Of a stretch of 35,131 bases of DNA, positions 16,868 to 24,877 are shown one piece after another. Source of the DNA: Clostridia bacterium (GTDB lineage Bacteria > Bacillota > Clostridia > UBA1381 > UBA9506); contig JAZRUU010000136.1 of assembly GCA_045652725.1 (NCBI GenBank), positions 1 to 35,131 of the forward strand, in the 5' to 3' direction. A program made the position numbers and the translations under genes. The notes beneath the pieces were generated by a model. It did not search any database, was not told the origin of the DNA, and saw nothing but the letters and a program-made list of their open reading frames with translations. Numbering within the stretch: the first letter of the stretch is position 1; each line of letters opens with the position of its first letter.

Positions 16868-18505
16868 TTACTCTTTCAATTTAACATCAAGCTCAATGGG
16901 CGTGTCTGTCCATCTGCTTTTTGTTGTTGATGATGATGAGCCTTTGCCTTTGTGTGTTCGTTGCGGTTTTTCTCTGAAGAAATCAATCCTTTCAATGCAG
17001 GCTTTCAGCAATTCATTTTTCAAAACAATATCTGCCTCGGTGTCTTTCAGCGCGTTAATGGCATCCCCGAATGTTTTTATTTTTTCTTCATAATCAATCG
17101 GATCGGGCATTGATTCAAAAGCCTTGCGCAGCGCCTGCTTGACATCTTCCTTTTCTTTCAATAATTTTTCGTTCAGCTGTTTAAAAATTTCCGCTGGCAT
17201 TCTCTGCGATGTGTCGGGGTGCGCTTGCTGTTCCCATTGTGCCAGCTCTTTTGTTTCGAGGTCTTTCAGCTTCTTTTCAAGATTCTTGATGAGCTGCTCA
17301 TGCAGCTTGATTGAAGCGCCTTCATCGTTTTGGATGCGGATTTCAAAATCTTCGATGCATTGCTCAAGAATCCCGCAAACAAGATCAATCATTTCGTCAT
17401 ATGTGCATGAGCCTGTGCCGCATCTTGCTTGATCTGCGCACGCGATTCTCGGCGCGCATTTTTCGTTGCCTTGTTTATCCCTGAAATATTTTAAAAGCAT
17501 TGTTTTTCCGCAGCTGCGGCAATATATAAGGCTTGCAAATGGGTTGCGAAGCTGCATTTTTGATGTTGTTCGGGGGTTGTTGCCGATGCGTTCCTGAACT
17601 CTGTCAAACAGCTCTTGCGACACAATGGCGTTGTGTCTGCCGTCATATATAAGATATTCTTCAACATTTCCCTGCGGCCTTGTTTTCTTGAACTGACCAT
17701 TTTCAACAATGGTTACACTTGGCCGCCAATTGCATTTTATTTTGCCGATATAGTGAATATTCCTTAACATTACTTTAATTGTGGTCGCTGACCATTGTTT
17801 GCCTTTTGGCGGCTTGATGCCCAGCTCATCAAGGCGATGACAGATTGAGTTTCTGCCCATGCCTTTATTGCCGTACATATCAAAAATCATTCTGACAACA
17901 TTGGCTTGTTCGGGGTTTTCCTTGAGTGTGGGGCATTTTCTTTTGCCATCCATCACATATGTTTTATCGTATCCGTAGGGCGCAACGGATGAAATAAAAT
18001 TCCCTTGACTTAAAGATACATCCCTGCCCCTTTTCTGAATCTTTTTATAATAATTTAGAAAGTCATTGCCCTTTTTCAATTCGGATTCAAGGGCGTTCCA
18101 ATCATATTCGTCATGCAGGTCATACATTCTTTCGGGGGTGATAATATATGTATTTGTGTGTTTCAGCAGCTTCATCAATCTGCCGATATCTTCAAGATCG
18201 CCGCGGGTTAATCGCTGCGGCTCAACAATTTTGATTGCTTTGTATTTGGGCGATTCAATCAAGCGTAAAACCTTGTTAATTTCAGGCCGTTCTTTGATTG
18301 TTTCACCTGAAACAATTTCTCTGAAACGGTTTTCTTCGGGTACTTTCGCGCCAAAATACCGCTCATCCCATTCGTCAAGAATGGATTCGTGCCTTGCAAG
18401 AACTTCCTCAACCGTCAACAATGGATCATCGGATTGACTTTTTCGCAGATAGTCAATAATTTCCTCAAGCTTGAAAAGCTCTGCATAATTATAAAAACGA
18501 TACAT
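16868..18505 (-). CDS. int: large serine recombinase (integrase type)
   Basis: 545 aa. It has an N-terminal resolvase-type catalytic region (YLRKSQSDDP...), a recombinase domain, a Cys-rich zinc-ribbon region (CRSCG...C...C) and a long C-terminal coiled coil. Confidence 0.9.
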   Translation of the reverse strand: MYRFYNYAELFKLEEIIDYLRKSQSDDPLLTVEEVLARHESILDEWDERYFGAKVPEENRFREIVSGETIKERPEINKVLRLIESPKYKAIKIVEPQRLTRGDLEDIGRLMKLLKHTNTYIITPERMYDLHDEYDWNALESELKKGNDFLNYYKKIQKRGRDVSLSQGNFISSVAPYGYDKTYVMDGKRKCPTLKENPEQANVVRMIFDMYGNKGMGRNSICHRLDELGIKPPKGKQWSATTIKVMLRNIHYIGKIKCNWRPSVTIVENGQFKKTRPQGNVEEYLIYDGRHNAIVSQELFDRVQERIGNNPRTTSKMQLRNPFASLIYCRSCGKTMLLKYFRDKQGNEKCAPRIACADQARCGTGSCTYDEMIDLVCGILEQCIEDFEIRIQNDEGASIKLHEQLIKNLEKKLKDLETKELAQWEQQAHPDTSQRMPAEIFKQLNEKLLKEKEDVKQALRKAFESMPDPIDYEEKIKTFGDAINALKDTEADIVLKNELLKACIERIDFFREKPQRTHKGKGSSSSTTKSRWTDTPIELDVKLKE

Positions 18506-18595
18506 TAATATAAAACCTTCTTTTGAAAATTCTTTGATGTGTTCGACATTTTTTTGTTTTTTGCAATAACCTCTTGGGGTATTATGATGATGTCA

Positions 18596-19126
18596 TTAAA
18601 ATCTTAGCCAGCCCAAATTTGGATTCATAACCTCGGCAATAAGAAGCGCCACAAGAACAGCAACGCAAATCCATGAAAAGATTTTTGATGAAAGAATTTC
18701 TTTTTCAAGGGTTTTTATGTGCCTGTCTTTTTGGTCGATAATTTCCCTTTTATCTGCAAGGCGCTTTTCGTAATTTTCCTTGACATCTTGGCGGTGTTGT
18801 TCATAATGCATTCGAATGTTATTGATGTGAATTTCGTTTGTTTTGGCTGATTCGGCAAGTTGATATTCGTATATTTCTTTGATTGAACTGATTGTGATTT
18901 CTTTTGTAGCCTCTTTGCTGTTGCCCGTATACATTTCATCGATTGAGCCGCCCATTGCATAAACAACAGGGGCAACAGTATCAAGTCGGGGATCTTCCGA
19001 TTTGCCTGTGATTAAATTTTTAACGGTTGATTCGGATCTTTTGCTTTTGTCGGCAATAGCTTCATAGGTAAGGCCTGTTTTTTCTTTTAATGCTGTGAGA
19101 TATTTTGATACAAGTTTCGCATCCAT
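18596..19126 (-). CDS. membrane-tethered XRE-family HTH protein (HTH + coiled coil + C-terminal TM)
   Basis: ATG at 19126 lies 5 nt after GGAGG. The N-terminal HTH is LTYEAIADKSKRSESTVKNLITGK and the C-terminal TM is IFSWICVAVLVALLIAEVM. Confidence 0.7.
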   Translation of the reverse strand: MDAKLVSKYLTALKEKTGLTYEAIADKSKRSESTVKNLITGKSEDPRLDTVAPVVYAMGGSIDEMYTGNSKEATKEITISSIKEIYEYQLAESAKTNEIHINNIRMHYEQHRQDVKENYEKRLADKREIIDQKDRHIKTLEKEILSSKIFSWICVAVLVALLIAEVMNPNLGWLRF

Positions 19127-19170
19127 AATGACCTCCAAAAAATGTTGATATTTAAAGGTTTTATCTTAAT

Positions 19171-19244
19171 TTGATACGAAAAAGTATCAAATCAGATTTT
19201 ATAGTTTTTCTTTATTTTTATAAATTTGATACCGCGAAATCAAA
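19171..19244. promoter_or_regulatory. TTGATAC-type palindromes upstream of the membrane-tethered HTH gene
   Basis: TTGATAC-gaaaaa-GTATCAA at 19171-19190 and TTTGATaccgcgaaATCAAA at 19225-19244. Confidence 0.45.
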
Positions 19245-19437
19245 GTTGAGCATTGAATTGTTGTTTGAATTATTTTACAATTTAGCCAATGCAAAACCTT
19301 GTAATTGTTATGAAAGGGTTGAATCTTTATGCCAAACACAGAATACATCAACGAAATTAATAACCTTTTACCCCTTGCGGATGTTGAGCTGCTCGATTTT
19401 GTTTATCAGCTTTTACAAAAGAGTATTCCCCAATCAA

Positions 19438-19821
19438 TCACCCTTTCAGAAATGCATCAACAACCTGCTTGATGCTTGCGAGCTGTTCAGGGCTTAGTCG
19501 GTTAATACCTTCAATTAAATTTGCAAATTCTTTATCGCTTCGCATCCTTACTGTTAACTCAGCAAGGATGCTGTTTTTTTGCTGCATTTCTCTGTGTTCC
19601 GCCGTCTTGTCTTCAATCAAATCGCTTTTGAGAATGCCGAAATATTGTGCGAGCTTTTCAATTTTATCTATGCGGGGAAATTTTTTGCCTTTTAACCATT
19701 CGTTAAATGTTGGAGCAGAAACGCCAACAACCGCCGCCATTTCTTTTTGATTTTTTCCTGAGCGCTCCATATAATATTTAAGGTTTTTAGCAAAAACATC
19801 TTTTGACCATTTGGCTTGCAT
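19438..19821 (-). CDS. cI-like XRE-family repressor (no S24 peptidase domain)
   Basis: 127 aa. HTH is KNQKEMAAVVGVSAPTFNEWLKGK. It is divergent from the cro-like gene. SD GAGGTGA. Confidence 0.8.
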   Translation of the reverse strand: MQAKWSKDVFAKNLKYYMERSGKNQKEMAAVVGVSAPTFNEWLKGKKFPRIDKIEKLAQYFGILKSDLIEDKTAEHREMQQKNSILAELTVRMRSDKEFANLIEGINRLSPEQLASIKQVVDAFLKG

Positions 19822-19848
19822 TTAATCACCTCGTATGTTTTTGGATAA

Positions 19849-19877
19849 ATTTTACACCTTATTAGCCAAAAAGTAAA
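19849..19877 (-). promoter_or_regulatory. candidate PRM-like promoter for the repressor
   Basis: On the minus strand: TTTACT (19877-19872), 17-nt spacer, TAAAAT (19854-19849). Confidence 0.4.
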
Positions 19878-19907
19878 TAGTTTTTGACAAAAATTTGCCG
19901 AAAGCTA

Positions 19908-19936
19908 TTGACAAATTTATCCTGAAATAGTATTAT
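19908..19936 (+). promoter_or_regulatory. candidate PR-like early promoter
   Basis: TTGACA (19908-13), 17-nt spacer, TATTAT (19931-36). A second TTGACA lies at 19884-89. Confidence 0.65.
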
Positions 19937-19946
19937 GTGTTTGTCG

Positions 19947-19963
19947 ATTAGCTTTGAGCTAAT
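19947..19963. promoter_or_regulatory. operator-like palindrome ATTAGCTTTGAGCTAAT
   Basis: Perfect 7-bp arms with a 3-nt centre, about 11 nt downstream of the PR -10. Confidence 0.55.
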
Positions 19964-19989
19964 TTTGAACAATGAAAGGTGGTGCAAAT

Positions 19990-20184
19990 ATGCCTCAAAT
20001 CACATTGAAGGCCGCAAGGGTAAATGTGGGATTAACACAGGAAGCCGTTGCCAAAAAGCTCGGTATATCAATCAGTACGGTTAAGAATTGGGAAAAAGGA
20101 AAGACATTTCCCAAACAACCGCAGATTGAAAGGCTTTGTGAAATTTTTGGCGTGTCTTATGACAATATTTTTTTTAATTGCTGA
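19990..20184 (+). CDS. Cro-like XRE-family HTH regulator
   Basis: ATG at 19990 follows GAAAGGTGG. HTH is LTQEAVAKKLGISISTVKNWEKGK. Confidence 0.8.
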   Translation: MPQITLKAARVNVGLTQEAVAKKLGISISTVKNWEKGKTFPKQPQIERLCEIFGVSYDNIFFNC

Positions 20185-20200
20185 TTAGCTTAAAGCTAAT
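20184..20200. promoter_or_regulatory. second copy of the operator-like palindrome ATTAGCTTAAAGCTAAT
   Basis: It starts at the last base of the cro-like stop codon and has the same arms as 19947-63. Confidence 0.5.
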
Positions 20201-20236
20201 TAATGAAAAATCAAAAAAAGATTGAGGGGCGCAGCT

Positions 20237-20395
20237 ATGAATTACAACACAACAACATTAAATTTCCCGAATGCGGTTATTAGGGTGCATCGCCCTGAGC
20301 TTACCGAACAGGAGCGCAGCAAGCGGATGAAGGCGATTCACAAAGCATCCGCAGACTTATTGAAAGAACTTGAAAAAAATAAAAAATCGCTGTAA
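20237..20395 (+). CDS. hypothetical 52-aa early protein
   Basis: Hand-translated as MNYNTTTLNFPNAVIRVHRPELTEQERSKRMKAIHKASADLLKELEKNKKSL. SD GAGGGG. Confidence 0.5.
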   Translation: MNYNTTTLNFPNAVIRVHRPELTEQERSKRMKAIHKASADLLKELEKNKKSL

Positions 20396-20411
20396 AGCGT
20401 AGGAGGTAAAA

Positions 20412-20690
20412 ATGATTGTTATTGAATTTCTGAAACCGTGGGAGCTGGATGCTTCGGCGGCTTTTTTCGTGGCTTTTCTTCTTGCTATGGGTGCAGCATT
20501 TATATTCGTGCTGATGTTTTGTGCCTGTGAGTTTATTGCAGATAAAGCCTCTGTATGGCGGCATAATATCCGCGTTGCATTTGCCCGCCGTTGCCGCCGC
20601 TCAGCGCGTTTGATGGCATGGCTGGAAATGGAGCAGGCAGAAACAGAAAACGGCCGCACAGCGGCGGGAGGGCTTAATTATGGTAAATGA
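20412..20690 (+). CDS. hypothetical membrane protein (one or two TM segments)
   Basis: Strong SD AGGAGG. Hydrophobic stretch AAFFVAFLLAMGAAFIFVLMFCACEFI. Confidence 0.5.
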   Translation: MIVIEFLKPWELDASAAFFVAFLLAMGAAFIFVLMFCACEFIADKASVWRHNIRVAFARRCRRSARLMAWLEMEQAETENGRTAAGGLNYGK

Positions 20691-20883
20691 GAACATTTAT
20701 GCAGCGATTGAAGCGCTGGGCGATCAGATATTGCAATATAAGCGATATGCCGAGGATCAGGATGCACAGATTGATTATCTCAAGCATGAGGTTAAAGAAT
20801 ATCAGGGCATTGTTTGCAGCCTTGAGCGCGAGCTTAATGAGGCGCGTGCGCAGATTGAGAGGATGCGAAATGAAAAAACATAA
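20680..20883 (+). CDS. hypothetical coiled-coil protein
   Basis: 67 aa, SD GGGAGGG, heptad-like sequence. Confidence 0.5.
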   Translation: MVNENIYAAIEALGDQILQYKRYAEDQDAQIDYLKHEVKEYQGIVCSLERELNEARAQIERMRNEKT

Positions 20884-21025
20884 ACGAATCAAAGCGCTGC
20901 CCGTATGCAGCTTGAGAATAAGAGGGTTATGCTCGCGGGATAAAAGCCAGCTGTTTTGTTGGCAATATCGCAGCGGCAGGCATAAAGACCGCGGCTGCCC
21001 GCATTTCAGAAAGGCGGGCGAATAA
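20870..21025 (+). CDS. hypothetical basic Cys-containing 51-aa protein
   Basis: ATG lies 7 nt after GAGAGG. Its stop overlaps the next start (TAATG). Confidence 0.35.
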   Translation: MKKHKRIKALPVCSLRIRGLCSRDKSQLFCWQYRSGRHKDRGCPHFRKAGE

Positions 21026-21351
21026 TGCAGGATTTAAAGCAGGAGCTTAACAAGCTTTTTCGGCTGCTGGATGCAGCTCTGAAACAAATCGGCAAGCGCG
21101 GCAAGGAATATGCCGAAAAAGAGGCCACATATCGCAGCGAACTGTCAAAGGCTATGCTGCTGGAGCGTGAGGCGGGAATGCCCGCAACAATCCTGAGCGA
21201 TGTATGCCGCGGCAAGGATGATATTGCGCTGCTGAAACTTGAGCGCGATATTGCCGATGCGAAATATAAGGCGGCGCTTGAAGCCGTCAATGTTTACAAG
21301 CTGCGCATCAAAAGCCTTGAGGCGCAAATTGAAAGAGAATGGAGAGGATGA
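21025..21351 (+). CDS. hypothetical helical early protein
   Basis: 108 aa, SD AAAGGCGGG. Confidence 0.55.
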   Translation: MQDLKQELNKLFRLLDAALKQIGKRGKEYAEKEATYRSELSKAMLLEREAGMPATILSDVCRGKDDIALLKLERDIADAKYKAALEAVNVYKLRIKSLEAQIEREWRG

Positions 21352-21354
21352 ACA

Positions 21355-21729
21355 ATGAAACGCTTTGCTTTCGGGCGAATGTATAAGCAGATTTTATTTA
21401 TTCCCGCCGTGGGAATTGTCAAATGCAGCAATAGTTATCATTTCAAGCGCTTGATTTCCTTTAGTTTTTTAAACTTTGGTGTTTGCTTTAAATACCGCCT
21501 GCACGATAACAGCATAAAAATCAACCGCACGCCATATAACGGCAAGCGCCTGAGAATAGATATTTTTTATAACAGTTTTTCGTTTTTCCCTTCTTTCGGC
21601 ATGCGCTTTTTGCCTGCCTTTCTTTTTGATTATAAATATTCGCTCTGCTTTTCGTGGGGGCATTTCTTCGCGTGTTACATGTTCGGCAGGCGCAAGCCGC
21701 TGCAGAATGGAGGGGCTGAAAATGGTTAA
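21355..21729 (+). CDS. questionable ORF (16 percent Phe; may be the shadow of a minus-strand gene)
   Basis: It has a good SD (GGAGAGGA) and tight spacing to its neighbours. However, the + strand here is pyrimidine-rich, unlike every other + gene. See the finding at 21355-21762. Confidence 0.25.
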   Translation: MKRFAFGRMYKQILFIPAVGIVKCSNSYHFKRLISFSFLNFGVCFKYRLHDNSIKINRTPYNGKRLRIDIFYNSFSFFPSFGMRFLPAFLFDYKYSLCFSWGHFFACYMFGRRKPLQNGGAENG

Positions 21730-21898
21730 ATTTATTTTGCGCATTTTGTCAACCGCTTGCATAGCTGCTTTTATTCTTTACCTGAAAGAAGTAGGGGTTT
21801 ATTTTGACAAGCGTTTTTGGATTCTTTTGAGTATCTTTTTGATATTCGGGACTATCTCAATGTTGCAGGGCGCTGTTATGGGAGGGCTGGAGCAATGA
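21722..21898 (+). CDS. hypothetical small membrane protein (2 TM)
   Basis: ATG follows GGAGGGG. 58 aa with two hydrophobic helices. Confidence 0.45.
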   Translation: MVKFILRILSTACIAAFILYLKEVGVYFDKRFWILLSIFLIFGTISMLQGAVMGGLEQ

Positions 21899-22110
21899 CA
21901 TATGATGATTTTTTGTTGCTTGTTGTTGCTCCGCTTTCGTGGGTGGTTTTTTATGAAGCTGGCAAGCGTAAATTGCTTAATGATATTCGCAAACGGCTCA
22001 TTGAGTTTTTTGAGGATGCTGCAGCTGCGGCGAATAAGGATGCTGCAGGCTTGCCCGAAAATGCAAAACAGGCCTTGCTTGATAGTTTTATGAAAGGATC
22101 AGACAAATGA
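21895..22110 (+). CDS. hypothetical 71-aa protein with N-terminal TM
   Basis: ATGA overlap; SD GGAGGGCTGGAG. Confidence 0.45.
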   Translation: MTYDDFLLLVVAPLSWVVFYEAGKRKLLNDIRKRLIEFFEDAAAAANKDAAGLPENAKQALLDSFMKGSDK

Positions 22111-22373
22111 ACGCTCTTGATGTACTGAATGAATACAAAACATATATCAAAATCGTTGGCCGCAGGAACGGCAAAACGCTGGATATTGAAAAGGCGCAAA
22201 TCATCATTGATGCATTATCGAGGCGAGTGAAAGCAAAACCTGCGAAGCTGGTAAACAGCAACGGAAAAACAACGCCTTTCTGCCCGCGCTGTTGCATACA
22301 GCTTGAAGGCAATAAAACAAAATGCTGCTCAGATTGCGGGCAGGCATTAGATTGGAGTGATAACGATGTTTGA
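22107..22373 (+). CDS. zinc-ribbon protein
   Basis: 88 aa with the pair CPRCC...CCSDCG. Confidence 0.55.
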   Translation: MNALDVLNEYKTYIKIVGRRNGKTLDIEKAQIIIDALSRRVKAKPAKLVNSNGKTTPFCPRCCIQLEGNKTKCCSDCGQALDWSDNDV

Positions 22374-22905
22374 AAAAATAAAGCAATTTTTTAAAAATAA
22401 GCGCGAAACAAAGAAACCTTTGATTGAAAAAATTTATGAAAAGAGCCTTGCAAAAAGACAATGTGACGAGAAACAAATAACTGTTGCTGTTCCTGATATC
22501 AAAGAATATTTGGCAAAAGAATACGAGCGCGTTAATGCCCTCAAGCTGATAAATGAGGGCTTAGAGCAGGAGCTGGAGCAATCAAGAGAAACCGAAACGA
22601 AATACAAAGCCACATTGGTAACGCTTGATGAGTATTGCAAAAGGCTTAAGCAAGCGGAATCAGATATTGAAAGTCAGAAAATCCGCGCCCAAAATGCAAG
22701 GGAAGATTTGAAGGCTGCAAGGGATGAGATTAATTCTTACAGGATTAAGTTTAACAATATCGCTATAACAAAAAAGGAAATTGAAAGTGAAATTGTTGAA
22801 GAAATCAAAACGGAGCTTATTTTGATTTTTAATAGTCAAAAAGGGAATTTGAGTAAAAAATCCGCTTGTGAGATTATAGGCGGATATAAAAAGGGAGGAG
22901 CTTAA
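22366..22905 (+). CDS. hypothetical coiled-coil protein
   Basis: ATG at 22366 lies 8 nt after GGAG. Long heptad-rich sequence. Confidence 0.55.
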   Translation: MFEKIKQFFKNKRETKKPLIEKIYEKSLAKRQCDEKQITVAVPDIKEYLAKEYERVNALKLINEGLEQELEQSRETETKYKATLVTLDEYCKRLKQAESDIESQKIRAQNAREDLKAARDEINSYRIKFNNIAITKKEIESEIVEEIKTELILIFNSQKGNLSKKSACEIIGGYKKGGA

Positions 22906-22908
22906 AAC

Positions 22909-23154
22909 ATGAGCTTTTTTAAAAAAGGGCATCAGCCCATATTAATAAAAAGTATAACCCCGCCGAAAGCAGGCAGCTGTTTATATATACCCCCTGCGCC
23001 TGCTTCGCGTGTGCATTCATATTGTGATTTTTGCGGCAAGCAAGTAACTTGCAAATATAAAGCAAAATTTGAACGCTTAAAGCAGGAGCTTGCCCCTATA
23101 AAAATAGAATGCAAATATTATGAAGAATGGAGCGGGTATAGCAATGTTAAATAA
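22909..23154 (+). CDS. hypothetical protein
   Basis: 81 aa, SD GGGAGGAGC. Confidence 0.45.
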   Translation: MSFFKKGHQPILIKSITPPKAGSCLYIPPAPASRVHSYCDFCGKQVTCKYKAKFERLKQELAPIKIECKYYEEWSGYSNVK

Positions 23155-23545
23155 CTGTTCATTCACAGGCAGAATTGCGCAGGAGCTGGAGCTTAAAACA
23201 ACCCGCAGCGGTTTGTCGGTTTGCTCTTTTACGCTGGCTGTGCAGCGCTCATATAAAAAAGAGGGCGAAGATTATAAAACGGATTGGATTGATTGCATCG
23301 CATTCAAAAACTATGCCGATTTTATATGCAGGAATTTCCGCAAGGGTGAAATGATTGCCGTTAAGGGCGAAATGCAAACCCGTACATATACGGATAAAAA
23401 AGGAAATAAGCGCAAGGCCGTGGAGCTTATCGTTGACGGCGCAAGCTTCTGCGGAGGTAGAACAGCCCCCGCGAATGATATGCAACAGACGGGCGAAAAT
23501 TACACAGATATTCCCGATATTGATGAGGATGATTTGCCGTTTTAG
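23144..23545 (+). CDS. ssb: single-stranded DNA-binding protein
   Basis: OB-fold pattern (FTGRIAQELELKTTRSG...) and an acidic C-terminal tail ending DEDDLPF. Confidence 0.9.
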   Translation: MLNNCSFTGRIAQELELKTTRSGLSVCSFTLAVQRSYKKEGEDYKTDWIDCIAFKNYADFICRNFRKGEMIAVKGEMQTRTYTDKKGNKRKAVELIVDGASFCGGRTAPANDMQQTGENYTDIPDIDEDDLPF

Positions 23546-23553
23546 TTTGTGAG

Positions 23554-23587
23554 GGTTTTTATCGGTAAACTACAAGTAATAGACAAA
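23554..23587 (+). repeat. 34-bp direct repeat, copy 1 (GGTTTTTATCGGTAAACTACAAGTAATAGACAAA)
   Basis: 28/28 identical plus 5/6 to the copy at 23738-23771. Confidence 0.9.
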
Positions 23588-23646
23588 TGGCCTCATGAGA
23601 GCATGAGGGCGCTGCTTGTTGGTATTCCTAAGGAATCACAAACGCG

Positions 23647-23702
23647 AAAAAAATGGAAATTAAAAACCCGCTCAGAATGCTGTTTATAAGCATTCAGGCG
23701 GG
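23647..23702 (-). terminator. rho-independent terminator for the tyrosine integrase transcript
   Basis: Imperfect hairpin at 23667-23702 (GAATGCT/AGCATTC core plus CCGC/GCGG), followed on the minus strand by TTTTTAATTTCCATTTTTTT. Confidence 0.6.
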
Positions 23703-23737
23703 CGGCAGCTGGAAGCAAAACGCTGCGAAATTCGGGC

Positions 23738-23771
23738 GGTTTTTATCGGTAAACTACAAGTAATACACAAA
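23738..23771 (+). repeat. 34-bp direct repeat, copy 2
   Basis: See copy 1. It lies 18 nt from the 3' end of the tyrosine integrase gene. Confidence 0.9.
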
Positions 23772-23788
23772 AATAACCTTTTAAAATG

Positions 23789-24811
23789 TCAATCGAGTAA
23801 ATTGACAGTTGAGTGCAAAATATCTTTCTGTATGTGTGTATAGCTTTCGGTTGTATCATTCGATACATGCCCGACAATCTTTTTGACAGCGAGCTGATCT
23901 GCTCCAACGGCGTGCAAGTTTGATATGAATGTGTGCCGCGTTTCGTGGATTGTGTGCTGCATTTCCAGCTTTTCCATTAACGGCGAAAATCTTCTTGAGT
24001 GAAAAGCATTGTATGAAATAGCTGTGTTGTTTTTTGAAACAAACAGATATTCATTATCATGCGCGGCAATATGCTGCTCAATGATGGGCTTGATTCTGCG
24101 GTGAATGGGAATATATCTATCCCGCCCCGCCTCAGTTTTTGAGCCTGCAATTATATGATTTTCGGCAAGGTTTATTTGCTCTTTTTTCAGCGTTAACAGC
24201 TCCGACACCCTCATGCCGCTATAAAGCAAAATCAAAACAATATCAATGTTTACATTTTCCCCTGCGCTGCTCCAAAGCTTTGCAATTTCCGTTTCGGTGA
24301 ATACTGTTTTTTCATTCTGAACTTTGATTGATGGTATAACAAGCGATTCGGCGTAATTCTTAAAAACAATATCGTTTTCAAGCGCGAATTTGTAAAGCTT
24401 TCGGTAAAAGCCTGCAACCGTCTTTTTTGCGTTTGGTGTTTCAATTTCGTCGATAACGCCCTGCAGATGCGCGCGGCGCAAATCCTTAAATACAACCTTG
24501 TGCAGCTTTTCGCTATGGTTAAAAAGCGATTTGAGCCTGATGAGCATCGTTTTGGATGCGGTGCTTTTGATATCTGCAATATAACGCTCATAAACCTCGG
24601 CAAAGGTTATGCTGTTAGCGTTCAGATCATACGGTGTTTTGTTGTATTCGGCCAGCGCAATTATTGCCTCTTTTTTCGTTGCATGATAGCTGAGATATTT
24701 ATATTTTTGTGTGCCTTTATCGTTAAAGCCCACAGTTATGCGGATTGCATAAGGGCGGCGGCGCTTGCCTGATAGCTTAGTTATGCAGCCATAGCCATTC
24801 GGATGCTTCAT
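23789..24811 (-). CDS. int: tyrosine site-specific integrase
   Basis: ATG at 24811 follows AGGGGGGA. N-terminal arm-binding-like domain. The C-terminal catalytic pattern is ...RVSELLTL...HETRHTF...GH...SYTH. Confidence 0.9.
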   Translation of the reverse strand: MKHPNGYGCITKLSGKRRRPYAIRITVGFNDKGTQKYKYLSYHATKKEAIIALAEYNKTPYDLNANSITFAEVYERYIADIKSTASKTMLIRLKSLFNHSEKLHKVVFKDLRRAHLQGVIDEIETPNAKKTVAGFYRKLYKFALENDIVFKNYAESLVIPSIKVQNEKTVFTETEIAKLWSSAGENVNIDIVLILLYSGMRVSELLTLKKEQINLAENHIIAGSKTEAGRDRYIPIHRRIKPIIEQHIAAHDNEYLFVSKNNTAISYNAFHSRRFSPLMEKLEMQHTIHETRHTFISNLHAVGADQLAVKKIVGHVSNDTTESYTHIQKDILHSTVNLLD

Positions 24812-24822
24812 GAAAAATCCCC

Positions 24823-24877
24823 CCTGTTTGTTATGTTTGAATAACAATACAAGTGTATCAAATTCAAAACAAACAGG
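24823..24877. promoter_or_regulatory. large imperfect inverted repeat in the int / regulator divergent region
   Basis: CCTGTTTGTTatgTTTGAAT (24823-42) and ATTCAAAACAAACAGG (24862-77). TATAAT at 24914-19 lies downstream. Confidence 0.5.

Noticed and set aside
16715-16930. 71-aa + ORF across the repeat region and the end of the serine recombinase gene
   Set aside because: It begins inside the repeat/att-like region downstream of a strong terminator and runs antisense into the recombinase. It has no SD.
19171-19497. 108-aa + ORF in the AT-rich gap between the membrane HTH gene and the repressor, and a nested 47-aa ORF (19329-19472, MPNTEYINEINNLLPLADVELLDFVYQLLQKS...)
   Set aside because: The long ORF starts at a non-ATG codon in promoter/operator DNA and has Phe/Leu-rich junk composition. 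The 47-aa ORF has a weak SD, looks helical and could be real. However, it overlaps the convergent repressor 3' end by 35 nt, and I cannot support it further.
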